From IMG/VR virus record IMGVR_UViG_3300048854_000056, positions 11,959 to 75,958 of that record: DNA of 64,000 nucleotides. One strand, written 5' to 3'. How positions within the stretch are numbered: position 1 is the first letter of the stretch; each line of letters starts with the position of its first letter. The DNA is from a virus. Below, piece after piece: positions 19,974 through 29,155 of the stretch. Made by a program: the position numbers and the translations under genes. The notes beneath the pieces were generated by a model. That model did not search any database, was not told where the DNA came from, and saw only the letters and a list, made by a program, of their open reading frames with translations.

Positions 19974-20054
19974 GCGCCATTGACCGGGGTGACTTAGTCT
20001 TCACTGACCCTACTCTCTTTGTGGATTCAAGGTACACTCTGACCCACTCCTAAT

Positions 20055-20083
20055 AGAATACTACAAATAGAAGTGGGTGTCAA
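20055..20083 (-). promoter_or_regulatory. Sigma70-type promoter
   Basis: TTGACA-17 bp-TATTCT on - strand. Confidence 0.65.
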
Positions 20084-20095
20084 GTGATTATGCTG

Positions 20096-20428
20096 TTAGC
20101 GACCTTTGGTTGGAATTACGATAAAGCGGCTCTCAAAGGATTGGAGGTTGATCGTTAGCTCGTGCAACTCCTGTTGAGTTTCCTTGTTCTGTTCCGCTAG
20201 TGCTTTGAGTTGATCTTGGAGAACGATATTCTGGTCGATCTGCCTCTGTTGCACTTCAACTTTGTCTTTCAGCTTTAGGATTTCAACTGTGTTATCTTCA
20301 GTGGTTTTGTCAGTAATCTTGGTCCGACTGGAAAAACCACTGAGCATAAGTCCTACAGACAGAAAGAAGGCAGCTATGGGGACTGTTTTACCGACCTTGT
20401 CTAGAAAAGGGGGTGGGGTGTAGGGCAT
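20096..20428 (-). CDS. TM plus coiled-coil protein
   Basis: One hydrophobic helix then Gln/Glu-rich heptads. Confidence 0.5.
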   Translation of the reverse strand: MPYTPPPFLDKVGKTVPIAAFFLSVGLMLSGFSSRTKITDKTTEDNTVEILKLKDKVEVQQRQIDQNIVLQDQLKALAEQNKETQQELHELTINLQSFESRFIVIPTKGR

Positions 20429-20457
20429 TTGAAGTGGGGGTTTCCTTGCAAGGGGAT

Positions 20458-20472
20458 GGGGGGGGGGGGGGG
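20458..20472 (+). repeat. G15 homopolymer
   Basis: 15 consecutive G within a G-rich stretch. Confidence 0.9.
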
Positions 20473-20552
20473 ATAAAAATCCGAGTGGAGAACCTGGTCA
20501 TCCACTCGGTTGGGACCCGGTAGGCACTTGGGAAGAGTCACCGGGTCACATC

Positions 20553-21101
20553 TTAGACCGACTTAGGCAGGCTGACCGTGTGCTTGGTAGTCGCGTGTCG
20601 GTGGGGAGATTGGTGTAGGAGGGCAATCTCTGCACGTTCCCGAATACGTTCGTGGACTAGTGCGTTGAATGCGTCTAGGTCGGTGTCCATGAGGGCCGCG
20701 TCGTCTTGGTGGAGCTGGGCGGTGACGTGAACATCAGGCACGCGCTTGTAACGTCCCAGCAGCTCGTCGCGTGACAAGGTAGATTTCCACTCCGCATACT
20801 GTGCGGCGGTAATCTTACCTTCCTTGTGCCACTCAGGGTAGTGAATCGTCGGGTCCGTGCATAGCTTCGCGTGGATTTCGACAACCTTAGTCTCACCCTT
20901 CGGGTAGGTGTGGCAGTCGCAGACTGGGCACTTTATATTGCCGTCTTCGTCTACGTACCCAGCCTGCTTTGCCATATCCTCATGAATGGCTCCGGGGCAA
21001 TCCTTCTCAAGGCAGTGGTGAAGGTTGGGGTGCGTGTGGACGTTGCACACCGGAGAGTGGAAGCAATAGTGTTCGTGTGAATCAAGTAGTTTTCTGGTCA
21101 A
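20553..21101 (-). CDS. His/Cys-rich hypothetical protein
   Basis: 182 aa with several CxxC/HxxH clusters. Confidence 0.55.
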   Translation of the reverse strand: MTRKLLDSHEHYCFHSPVCNVHTHPNLHHCLEKDCPGAIHEDMAKQAGYVDEDGNIKCPVCDCHTYPKGETKVVEIHAKLCTDPTIHYPEWHKEGKITAAQYAEWKSTLSRDELLGRYKRVPDVHVTAQLHQDDAALMDTDLDAFNALVHERIRERAEIALLHQSPHRHATTKHTVSLPKSV

Positions 21102-21396
21102 CTGGTTGCTTCCTTTTCACGGTTCCTGAGGTCAGGTCGTATGTGTAGTTATCAAGTCCGCCGTCAACCAGAGATTCGTAGGTTGCTTGGTCGATGCCTA
21201 CCGGCTCAACCAGAGGGAATCCATAGGGCGAAAGGTCTCGTCCTTGCTCGTCCTGCATTGGACTACCATCTTGTTTACGGAACGTGACCCGGTTCACCAA
21301 TGGAGTGATTGTGGCTGTAGGGTCCGCGCAGGCGTGAACGATGTTCTCTTGGGAGTCGTGTTCGATGAAGTAAGTCATAACCACCTGTAGGTGCAA
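21082..21396 (-). CDS. Hypothetical tail-associated protein
   Basis: 104 aa at the end of the tail gene string. Confidence 0.45.
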   Translation of the reverse strand: MHLQVVMTYFIEHDSQENIVHACADPTATITPLVNRVTFRKQDGSPMQDEQGRDLSPYGFPLVEPVGIDQATYESLVDGGLDNYTYDLTSGTVKRKQPVDQKTT

Positions 21397-21893
21397 GAAA
21401 TGCCATTTGCCAAATCGCTTCGGTAATATTGGCTGCTGGGATCAAGAATTGCCGAGTCGTTGACTTGGTTCATGTTCCTTAGAAAAAACCCGCCAAACGC
21501 ATTGATGTCGGCAAGAAGATCCACGTTAGGTGCTTGAAGGTCCGTCTCTGAAATGAACCCTGAGTCCTGGTAGTTAGGGTCGGATGGCGGAAGGGAGTAT
21601 TCAAGGCTGTACATCTTTGCCGATGCCGTTGTGTCTTGCTGAGCAACAGGCGCTCTCCCACCAATGGTAGCGACGTACACATCCGAGTTGAGGTGGCAGG
21701 TCACCGAGCCGCTGGCTGGTGCAGCGGTACCAGATCCTAGACCATGAACGATGTATCCTTCGGAGTCTATGATTCCATACCCCGCCAGTGATAGGCGATC
21801 AATCGGAGTACCGTCCGCGAAGGCCATGTTGCCATTGTTGTCAATGGTGAGGACAAGTGCGTTTGCTGTTTCGTCACGTATGTAAAGAGGCAT
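21375..21893 (-). CDS. Small tail-associated protein, paralog 3
   Basis: N-terminus MPLYIRDETA...IDNNGNMAF shared with the two upstream genes. Confidence 0.6.
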   Translation of the reverse strand: MPLYIRDETANALVLTIDNNGNMAFADGTPIDRLSLAGYGIIDSEGYIVHGLGSGTAAPASGSVTCHLNSDVYVATIGGRAPVAQQDTTASAKMYSLEYSLPPSDPNYQDSGFISETDLQAPNVDLLADINAFGGFFLRNMNQVNDSAILDPSSQYYRSDLANGISCTYRWL

Positions 21894-22252
21894 TAGAACA
21901 CCGCGTATCCTAGATCCCGGTTACCAGCAAAGTACCCATAGATGGTGAATGAGGTCTTGTTTGAGTTGAAGCCTATGATTTCAGCAGGACCATCAGCGGC
22001 ACCAAAACCTGAGCACGCTGGGCATGAGACCAGAGTTCCTGCATTCTGACCGGAGACCGTTACAACTCCGGAGGTACGCTGCATACTCACTGGTCGTGCT
22101 ATGGCCTGCGATAGTGATGATCCATTCAGCAGGGGCCGGCCTTGCACTGACATGGGGCTATTCGGGGTTGCTGATCCGAACTCCACATTTGCAGAGTTGT
22201 CCATCCCGATCCTCTGCGTGCCTGCGGTATTGTCAACAATGTTCAAGGGCAT
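21893..22252 (-). CDS. Small tail-associated protein, paralog 2
   Basis: N-terminus MPLNIVDNTA...MDNSANVEFG. Confidence 0.6.
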   Translation of the reverse strand: MPLNIVDNTAGTQRIGMDNSANVEFGSATPNSPMSVQGRPLLNGSSLSQAIARPVSMQRTSGVVTVSGQNAGTLVSCPACSGFGAADGPAEIIGFNSNKTSFTIYGYFAGNRDLGYAVF

Positions 22253-22256
22253 AAGT

Positions 22257-22610
22257 TCACCAAATTCCGTAGCGCACAGTCTGCGCCCCAGAAGCTCCGT
22301 TGCTGAAAGTTACCTGAGAAGTGGTTGCCCCGGAGCTTAGCGAGGACGCTGTAACTGTGGGTATTTGTCCAACGGTTATGGATACTGAAGCGGAGCCGTT
22401 ACCTGGTACGAAGATCGTCCCTTCGTAGGCGGACTGGGCTCCTGGAATAAGCATCCCATTAGCGAACCGGGCAGCGGGGTCAAGGACACCTATACCTCTA
22501 ACCGTGATTTGCTGCCCACTGTTAGGAAGGCTTCCTAGACCTAGCTGGCCGGCATTGTCTATGTAGATCAAATCCTGTCCGGCTGTTTCATCTCTAAATC
22601 TGAATGGCAT
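22257..22610 (-). CDS. Small tail-associated protein, paralog 1
   Basis: N-terminus MPFRFRDETA...IDNAGQLGLG. Confidence 0.6.
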   Translation of the reverse strand: MPFRFRDETAGQDLIYIDNAGQLGLGSLPNSGQQITVRGIGVLDPAARFANGMLIPGAQSAYEGTIFVPGNGSASVSITVGQIPTVTASSLSSGATTSQVTFSNGASGAQTVRYGIW

Positions 22611-22612
22611 AG

Positions 22613-24736
22613 TTATATTGACTGGACCGAGAAGACCCGTCCTCCTGCGTTCAAGACAACCATTCCACCGTTAGGCACTACTTGGCTAATCACGCTCGCG
22701 GATGTTGACCCGACATTATTGGTGTTATTAGCCGTGTTCAGCCCAGTCACATCGGCCCCCGCCTGCGCAGGTTTCAATGCCTGAATCGTAGTCCCGTCAG
22801 TGTAGGGAATGTTGTCTGCGTTCTTATTTATGTGGGTGGACTCAGAGAAGTCAACCACCGCCGTCTTAGACATATACAGGTTGGCGACCAGCACATAGTC
22901 AACAACTGCCTCATCTTTGTTTATCTGTATCCAAGGGGTGCCCTTCACCGCATTAGCCGGTACTTCGAGATAGCCGCTGATCTGCGTCCATCCCTGTCCG
23001 GATGCTAGAGTAGCTCCGGTTACCCATGTGTACTGAACATCCGCCGATGCAAACTGCACTCCGATGCTGGCAGGTTCGGCGCAATTCTGCGTGTTGTACC
23101 AGCCATACACATAGATCCTTTGTCCTGGCGATACTATGAACCAGTTACCGGACTCATAGATGTCCCTGTGAGTAGACTTCATCGCCTTTAGAAAAGGCTC
23201 TCCGGTCACCGAGACTGTTTGCGTACCTGACCAATTCCCGACCGATCCGTCCTCGAACGATCCCCTGATGATTAGGCTTGTGGCGTTCTGCGGTATGTTG
23301 GCGTTCCCTTGATGTAGGTAGTCAACACCTCCGCCGGCAAGGACCGTTTGTGCAACGTCCGAGGCAGCTCTTCCATTTACGGACGAAGTGTCCGCAGACA
23401 CATTTACCGCAGTTACATCGGCTCCAGCCGCAGCCGGTTTCAATGAGTCTACAGGGGTTCCATCAGCATACTGCGTGAAGGCAGCGTTGCTGAAGGCAGC
23501 TCCGATGTCGAGCAGTTGGACTGACCCACCGGGCGGTGTGTACATGACCTGGATGCCGCCGTTGTTGTCTTCCTGGTGGTACTCGACGACTACTGCATAG
23601 GTGTGGCCTGCGAATAGGTATACCGTTCCTGAGTTCTGATAAACCAGATTCCCGGCGACCGAGCCGTGGCGCGAGCCAAGGTCATTGACGATGTACGATC
23701 CATTCAGGATGAAGTTGGAGCCGTCGTCGCTATTCGTTCCGAAGGTGTAGGTACCGTCAGTGCTACAGGTGAAGTATCCAGTCCACCGAACGTAGATCCA
23801 TGACCCGTTTCCTGAAGGCACAGGTGGAAGAGGACTGGCCCCAAGGAAGTGCGAGTCTCCCCAGATGTTGTAGTTGATCCTGGAATCATGTGTGGTGAAC
23901 ATAGGAGCGTAATTCAACTCTCCTCCGCCCACCGGGTACTTGTTGGCTTCTGAGGTCCTCCACCACTTACCAAGGAATCCAATCGACACTGCTGTATCAG
24001 AAATGTGACCAGAGTTGATTCCGTTTACCGCCTGAGTGTCAGCGGCTACGTTCACCCCGGTTATGTCCGCCCCGGCCTGACCCGGCTTCAGACTCTCTAC
24101 AGATGTGCCATCAGCGTAGAGGATGTCGGATGCGTCCAGAGAGCCTGATCCACTGGGGGACACTGTGCGGTTATCCACAGCTACCCAGTTTTGGTATCCT
24201 CCCGAAGTGCTTACTCCGCGAACGAACAGATGGATGTTCTGCCCCGGAGATCCTCCTACGAACAGGTGCATGACGCCGTTAGGAAGTGGGAGACCTTGCC
24301 AGTTATTTTCTAGGCTGCTGTTGCTGGGGGCGCTTCCATCCTTAGTCCATATCGCTTCGTAGTGATCTATGTCTGACGGTACAGACGCCGGAGTTATGTC
24401 GTAGGATACACCGGAGCTGGTTGAGGTGAATGTGCCTGTGTACGTGCTGGCCGGGATAGTAATTGTTCCCGCCTGGACGGAGTAGCGATTGAAGTTAGCT
24501 ACTCCTCCTGGGGAAACAGGTCCGGCCTGAATGTAGTAAGTCTGTCCCCGGACTAGTCCGTCGAACCCTATAAGATCCGACTGCACCCAGTTACCGGAAG
24601 AGTCTTTTACCGCTTGGCAAGCTTTGCTGCCAACCAGTTGTGTGTACCCAGCATCTTGAAATAGCTCAACATGGAAGCTAGCCACATAGAGAGCCGGGGA
24701 TGTGAGATTTCCAACTGCAATCGCTGCTACTGCCAT
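22613..24736 (-). CDS. Tail fiber / receptor-binding protein with PA14 and CBM-like domains
   Basis: PA14 motif VRWTGYFTC...FGTNSDDGS; galactose-binding-like IIRGSFEDG; three YxDGT..LKP...GAD.T repeats. Confidence 0.72.
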   Translation of the reverse strand: MAVAAIAVGNLTSPALYVASFHVELFQDAGYTQLVGSKACQAVKDSSGNWVQSDLIGFDGLVRGQTYYIQAGPVSPGGVANFNRYSVQAGTITIPASTYTGTFTSTSSGVSYDITPASVPSDIDHYEAIWTKDGSAPSNSSLENNWQGLPLPNGVMHLFVGGSPGQNIHLFVRGVSTSGGYQNWVAVDNRTVSPSGSGSLDASDILYADGTSVESLKPGQAGADITGVNVAADTQAVNGINSGHISDTAVSIGFLGKWWRTSEANKYPVGGGELNYAPMFTTHDSRINYNIWGDSHFLGASPLPPVPSGNGSWIYVRWTGYFTCSTDGTYTFGTNSDDGSNFILNGSYIVNDLGSRHGSVAGNLVYQNSGTVYLFAGHTYAVVVEYHQEDNNGGIQVMYTPPGGSVQLLDIGAAFSNAAFTQYADGTPVDSLKPAAAGADVTAVNVSADTSSVNGRAASDVAQTVLAGGGVDYLHQGNANIPQNATSLIIRGSFEDGSVGNWSGTQTVSVTGEPFLKAMKSTHRDIYESGNWFIVSPGQRIYVYGWYNTQNCAEPASIGVQFASADVQYTWVTGATLASGQGWTQISGYLEVPANAVKGTPWIQINKDEAVVDYVLVANLYMSKTAVVDFSESTHINKNADNIPYTDGTTIQALKPAQAGADVTGLNTANNTNNVGSTSASVISQVVPNGGMVVLNAGGRVFSVQSI

Positions 24737-24741
24737 CGTTT

Positions 24742-27700
24742 CTATCCTGACGTATTTCTCTTGTACATCGCATAAGCGATGGTGCTGTACTCAGAGCCAT
24801 ATTTCTGAAACTGAGTGGGAACTGTTATGGTCCCTGTGCCGGAAGCTGGTGCAACTATGACACCCACCTCGTTACTTCCTAGAGCGGTGACAGCGTCGGG
24901 AAGATAGCTGTGCTCTGCTATTACAGAGTTGCCTGTGCCTAGATCATCGTAAGGAGTTAGTTTGAACCAGCGGCTTTCAAAGAATTCAGCATCCGACAAT
25001 TGGAAGAAGTTCCCAGTCACTACCTGATTCACAACAAGATGTGTGAAGGTGCTATCTACCGTGTCAATCAAGAGGACGACGCCTTTGGAGTTGGTTGAGT
25101 CCCACTCCAACATCTTCGTCTTGTCCTGTATGACCACTTCCCCGAGGGTGGGGTTGGGGACTTGAAATTCCACTGCGCACGCCGGTGAATATTCACCCAG
25201 AAGGTTGTACGTGTAGCAGTAGTATTTGACACTCCGGTCGTGAACCTGCGGCATAGCCAAGGATGGGTTTACTCCAACGTCGGCTATGTCCTGGTGCTCA
25301 ATTACCGTTGCGTTGTCGCTGCCTCTTATCTCAAATCCCCAAACATCTAGGGCGATTGTGGGAAGAGTCAGTGTCACCACTGGGTCACTGATATCCAAGA
25401 ACGTCAGTTTAGCTGTGGGTGGAGGAGGTACCAGTGGCAGGTTCACCCGGACTGCGGAAGCATAACGAGACAGGGCACCGTAAGGAACTCCGTTGGTTTT
25501 GCAAAAGACAGTCTCAGCGGTGGTCCCTACCTCTACCGACGCGCGGCAGACAAGGACTGTACCACTGGATTCAATGCGGAACGTTACTGTTCCACCACCT
25601 GTTCCGGTTGGGAAGGGAAGGCTTACTCTCTGCCAAGCTCCATTACAGGTGAGGGTGGTCAATGAAGTTACATTGGAGCCCACCGAGAACGTCTCACCTG
25701 CGTCTCCCTTGAAGTTGATCGAGAAGCAACCGCCGGGTCCGGATACAGCAATGGACGAAGTGAAATCAACGTAGGGAAATGACCCGTTAGGAATGAACCT
25801 GGTCAATCTACTGAGGTGTCCATCCGGGTTCACCGCTGTGACTAGGTCTAAGGGGGCACCTGGAGAAGTGGTGCCCATCTGAGCTAGGTCTTCAGACCAT
25901 GCCCATTTATTCCTAGTGTCGTACATCCTAGCGAAGACTGCTTTGTTGTGGGCATTCCTAGGGACGGCAAACGTCTGTGTGGTGAACCTACCGATCAGGT
26001 TACGGCTGTTGTCGCAACCCCACGAGCTGTCAGAACTCCTTACCTCGATTCCTGCCCCTGTTGGAAGAGGGGACGGTGCGGTAAGGTAGATGTTAGTAGC
26101 GTCCATGCCTGAGATGCTCAAGTAGAGCAGGTCAGGTGACCACGCGGACCCTACTGAGTTGGGAGCAACGTAGTTGGGAATCTCCGCAGAGTCTTCAGGT
26201 GCGAACACATCCGGCTGTTGGTCGATCCTAGAGAGGACCGCCTGTAACCGGAGCTGGTCGGTCGCTTTGCCGTAGCTTACATCGTATTGATAAAGTTCCG
26301 GGTCAATGGACAACAGTGTGGACTTGACCTCGTAGATCATCTCCGCAAAGTTTGTCTCGGTGAACGTCTCCACTGGCATGTTCTTGAAAGGGAGTACCAT
26401 CCCCGCCAGAGGCTCAACTGTGGTGTAGGGAGAGGTTACTTTATAAGATCCCTCGAATCGTGGACGGGCTGCCTCAAAGATGATGGCTGCTGCTGCTGCT
26501 TCGCACTCGGAGCTGGTGGTCGGTTGTGGACTAAGGTCGGAGCGGGTTACGCTTCTGATACCCGAGTCCCCCCAGCTTGCGGCCTCCTCATTCACACTCA
26601 CCTGGTCACGCACACGGGCAATTGATGCACCCGCTTGCCGGTACTTCAACCTGATGAGGTCTCCTACTCCGGGGACGGTGGACGTTAGGTTGTTGGAGTT
26701 TTTGAAGAACGAAAGCGTTGGGTTTCCCGCCTGATACTTAGGGGTTCCCAAGGTTGTGCTCTTGGTGACCCCACCGCTCTGTGTGATCGTAGCTACCGGG
26801 GTGAGACCGTCGAGCGAGTCTACCTCGTTGGGGCCGATGATCTGTTGTGCATACTCCGTGCCGGTCTGGAAGGTCTTGCTGCTGGCAGGGCTTGATACGA
26901 CAGTGACCACCCCTGGGGCGGTTGCCCCGGTCGGGGAGAATGTAGCAGACAAGGCACCGTCGGCAGAAGACGCCGCTATGACTAGTATTCCTACACCGTT
27001 CGACACCGTGGCCGACCCAATGATTACACCGTCATTCTTGAATGTGACCGTCCCTGTAGGATTCTCCGTAGTGGTAACTACGGTCCCTGTGAGAGTCACG
27101 GTGGACTGGGCCGTCGGGCTGATGATGGCCTTGTTTATCTCTAGGATTGCTTGGAGCGGCGTAGAGATCGTCGTGTCGGTGACAGTCAAGTGAAGATTGT
27201 CAGAGGCTACCAGTACATAGTTGGCGAATGTTGCATGATCGGCGGCCAAGCTTACCGACGAGTTCCACACCCTAGGGTAACCAGAGTCCAGAGTGCCGGC
27301 CACCGCGTCAATCTCACTGATGTACGTTGTGAAGGAGACTTGGTCAGGGTAGGATTCTACCGGCACGCTCACTGATTGCAGGTTACCGGCCGCATCTAGG
27401 TAGGTGAAGCTTTGAAGGGCGCGGTTGATGCGGCTGGCCGAGAGATTGGTCCTTATGACATACGTCTTGGCGAAGTCAACGGTCTGAGTGTTCGTGGTGC
27501 TGACCAACCCATTCACTATCTCAGCCAATGTGGTGACGCCTCCTGCCTTGGTCACCTTGATGCCGTAAACGCACCCGGTGAGGCTAGGATTAGGTTCCTG
27601 TGTCCACAGTGCACCAACTACACCAAGCACTCCATTAGGCTGACCAGCGTCGATGAACTCAAAGTCACCGTGCGTGATCTTGATGTTTCCGGCCACTGGG

Positions 27701-28668
27701 ATGAGGTTTGCAGAATCGAGGTGTACATCGAAGGTGCCGTTTTGGTCCCCACCAAGGATATTCAGGTACCCGTTGCTGACCTGCATGAAGTTGGAGGGGG
27801 AGTCATATACCGTCCACTTGCTGCTGTCGATCTGCCCACTGGAGAAGTCGTCGTCCAGAAGGAGGGCGCTCTCTACGCCGAACGCGCTGTTCATGAGAGG
27901 GAAGAGTGCGTTGGAGCCGTCACCCGAGAAATACTCAGTCACGTACTCTCTAGGCTCTGTTGCTCCTAGGACAATCGCGTCGTTGATGATGCCTTGCTGT
28001 GTAGCGCGTATGGAAAGGTTTGCCGGAGTGAAATGTTTGTCGTTTCGGTCGATGGTCGTCGGGGAGATCCCGGCCGAGAACTGCGCGTCATCCTGTGGAG
28101 TGTAGTAGAGCTTTTTATTCCTGCCCCAGAACCGGTACACGGCCGAGGTGGAGAACTCTTTGATGATGTCCTGATAGGTCTTTGTCGGATCTACGATGTA
28201 ACGTGCTAGGAACAGACCGTCTTGGATACCACTTGTGTCGAACATACCGGGTAAGAGTTGGTCGGCGATGGACGCTAGGATTTGACCCTGCGTCATGTTG
28301 ATGAAAGGTTTGCTGATTCCTAGTGACTGTTGGCTAAGAATGCACTCATCGCTCTGTGCCTCATACTTGTACCCAAAGGCCGGTTTCTTTGTGATCGAGT
28401 CAACCCCGAGGTAATCGTATTCAGGATCGTTCGTGATGTATCCGGTAAACCAGTCAACGATAGTTCCCTGGTTGTCTTTGAGGACTTCAGAGGAAGCTTT
28501 GATGTATGCACCACGGCTCAGTCTTACGAACTGTCCGTCAGTTGGGAGGACAGTGAAGTCAAGGATGTCCGGGTCTCCCATACGGTCGGTCTTCGTCACC
28601 GCGTCGGAAACATACCTGTAGTAATCCGGCGAGGACCCTATCTGAGTTGAAGAAAGTGTGACGGCCAT
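24742..28668 (-). CDS. Large tail tip / central tail protein
   Basis: 1308 aa, beta-rich, Ig-like segment (TVTLTGTV...PTGTVTFKNDG..IGSATV), downstream of tape measure. Confidence 0.7.
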   Translation of the reverse strand: MAVTLSSTQIGSSPDYYRYVSDAVTKTDRMGDPDILDFTVLPTDGQFVRLSRGAYIKASSEVLKDNQGTIVDWFTGYITNDPEYDYLGVDSITKKPAFGYKYEAQSDECILSQQSLGISKPFINMTQGQILASIADQLLPGMFDTSGIQDGLFLARYIVDPTKTYQDIIKEFSTSAVYRFWGRNKKLYYTPQDDAQFSAGISPTTIDRNDKHFTPANLSIRATQQGIINDAIVLGATEPREYVTEYFSGDGSNALFPLMNSAFGVESALLLDDDFSSGQIDSSKWTVYDSPSNFMQVSNGYLNILGGDQNGTFDVHLDSANLIPVAGNIKITHGDFEFIDAGQPNGVLGVVGALWTQEPNPSLTGCVYGIKVTKAGGVTTLAEIVNGLVSTTNTQTVDFAKTYVIRTNLSASRINRALQSFTYLDAAGNLQSVSVPVESYPDQVSFTTYISEIDAVAGTLDSGYPRVWNSSVSLAADHATFANYVLVASDNLHLTVTDTTISTPLQAILEINKAIISPTAQSTVTLTGTVVTTTENPTGTVTFKNDGVIIGSATVSNGVGILVIAASSADGALSATFSPTGATAPGVVTVVSSPASSKTFQTGTEYAQQIIGPNEVDSLDGLTPVATITQSGGVTKSTTLGTPKYQAGNPTLSFFKNSNNLTSTVPGVGDLIRLKYRQAGASIARVRDQVSVNEEAASWGDSGIRSVTRSDLSPQPTTSSECEAAAAAIIFEAARPRFEGSYKVTSPYTTVEPLAGMVLPFKNMPVETFTETNFAEMIYEVKSTLLSIDPELYQYDVSYGKATDQLRLQAVLSRIDQQPDVFAPEDSAEIPNYVAPNSVGSAWSPDLLYLSISGMDATNIYLTAPSPLPTGAGIEVRSSDSSWGCDNSRNLIGRFTTQTFAVPRNAHNKAVFARMYDTRNKWAWSEDLAQMGTTSPGAPLDLVTAVNPDGHLSRLTRFIPNGSFPYVDFTSSIAVSGPGGCFSINFKGDAGETFSVGSNVTSLTTLTCNGAWQRVSLPFPTGTGGGTVTFRIESSGTVLVCRASVEVGTTAETVFCKTNGVPYGALSRYASAVRVNLPLVPPPPTAKLTFLDISDPVVTLTLPTIALDVWGFEIRGSDNATVIEHQDIADVGVNPSLAMPQVHDRSVKYYCYTYNLLGEYSPACAVEFQVPNPTLGEVVIQDKTKMLEWDSTNSKGVVLLIDTVDSTFTHLVVNQVVTGNFFQLSDAEFFESRWFKLTPYDDLGTGNSVIAEHSYLPDAVTALGSNEVGVIVAPASGTGTITVPTQFQKYGSEYSTIAYAMYKRNTSG

Positions 28669-28680
28669 AGCATCCTATTC

Positions 28681-28693
28681 CGCACAGTGTGCG
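28681..28693. promoter_or_regulatory. 13-bp palindrome CGCACAGTGTGCG
   Basis: Exact copy 3 bp past the stop of 28697..29155. Confidence 0.7.
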
Positions 28694-28696
28694 GTC

Positions 28697-29155
28697 TTAT
28701 TCGAGTGTCTTTAGTTTGGTTAGAAGTCTGCGTGATGTTTCAATTCCCACCACGTCTTTGATTAGCTTGGCTCTCTTCTCAGTGTTTCCTTTTGTCTTAG
28801 TGAGAAGTAGGCAGATGAGATCGAACTCCTGTGGGGTCAACTCAACATCGGAGAAGCTGTTGCAATCTAGTGTTACGGTGAACCCAAGCATCTGCGTCGG
28901 GTCCGTCTCTGTAAACTTGGAGTCAGATAGGACGCAGTTCTTGAGTGTTAGGTTATTCAGGGAACCGAATGTGCAATTGTGAAACAGGGCGTTCTCAAAC
29001 GAGCCTGTGAGGTGGCGGACATCCTCGTCAATGTGAATCTCAGAGAATGTCCGCAGTGCCTCAGATGTTGGTTCGATTTGAAGAGACCTGTGAGGTGATA
29101 GCGTCTGCAAGGTAGCTTGCGAATTGCTTAGAGTTGACATCTTGTCCACCTGCAT
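28697..29155 (-). CDS. Hypothetical protein with pentapeptide/beta-helix-like segment; start uncertain
   Basis: FENALFHNCTFGSLNNLTLKNCVLSDSKF; ATG/GTG/TTG starts lie inside the tape measure gene. Confidence 0.55.
   Translation of the reverse strand: MQVDKMSTLSNSQATLQTLSPHRSLQIEPTSEALRTFSEIHIDEDVRHLTGSFENALFHNCTFGSLNNLTLKNCVLSDSKFTETDPTQMLGFTVTLDCNSFSDVELTPQEFDLICLLLTKTKGNTEKRAKLIKDVVGIETSRRLLTKLKTLE

Noticed and set aside
21082-24736. Diversity-generating retroelement or invertase-driven tail switching
   Set aside because: No reverse transcriptase, no adenine-variant template/variable repeat pair, no serine invertase or inverted cassettes.
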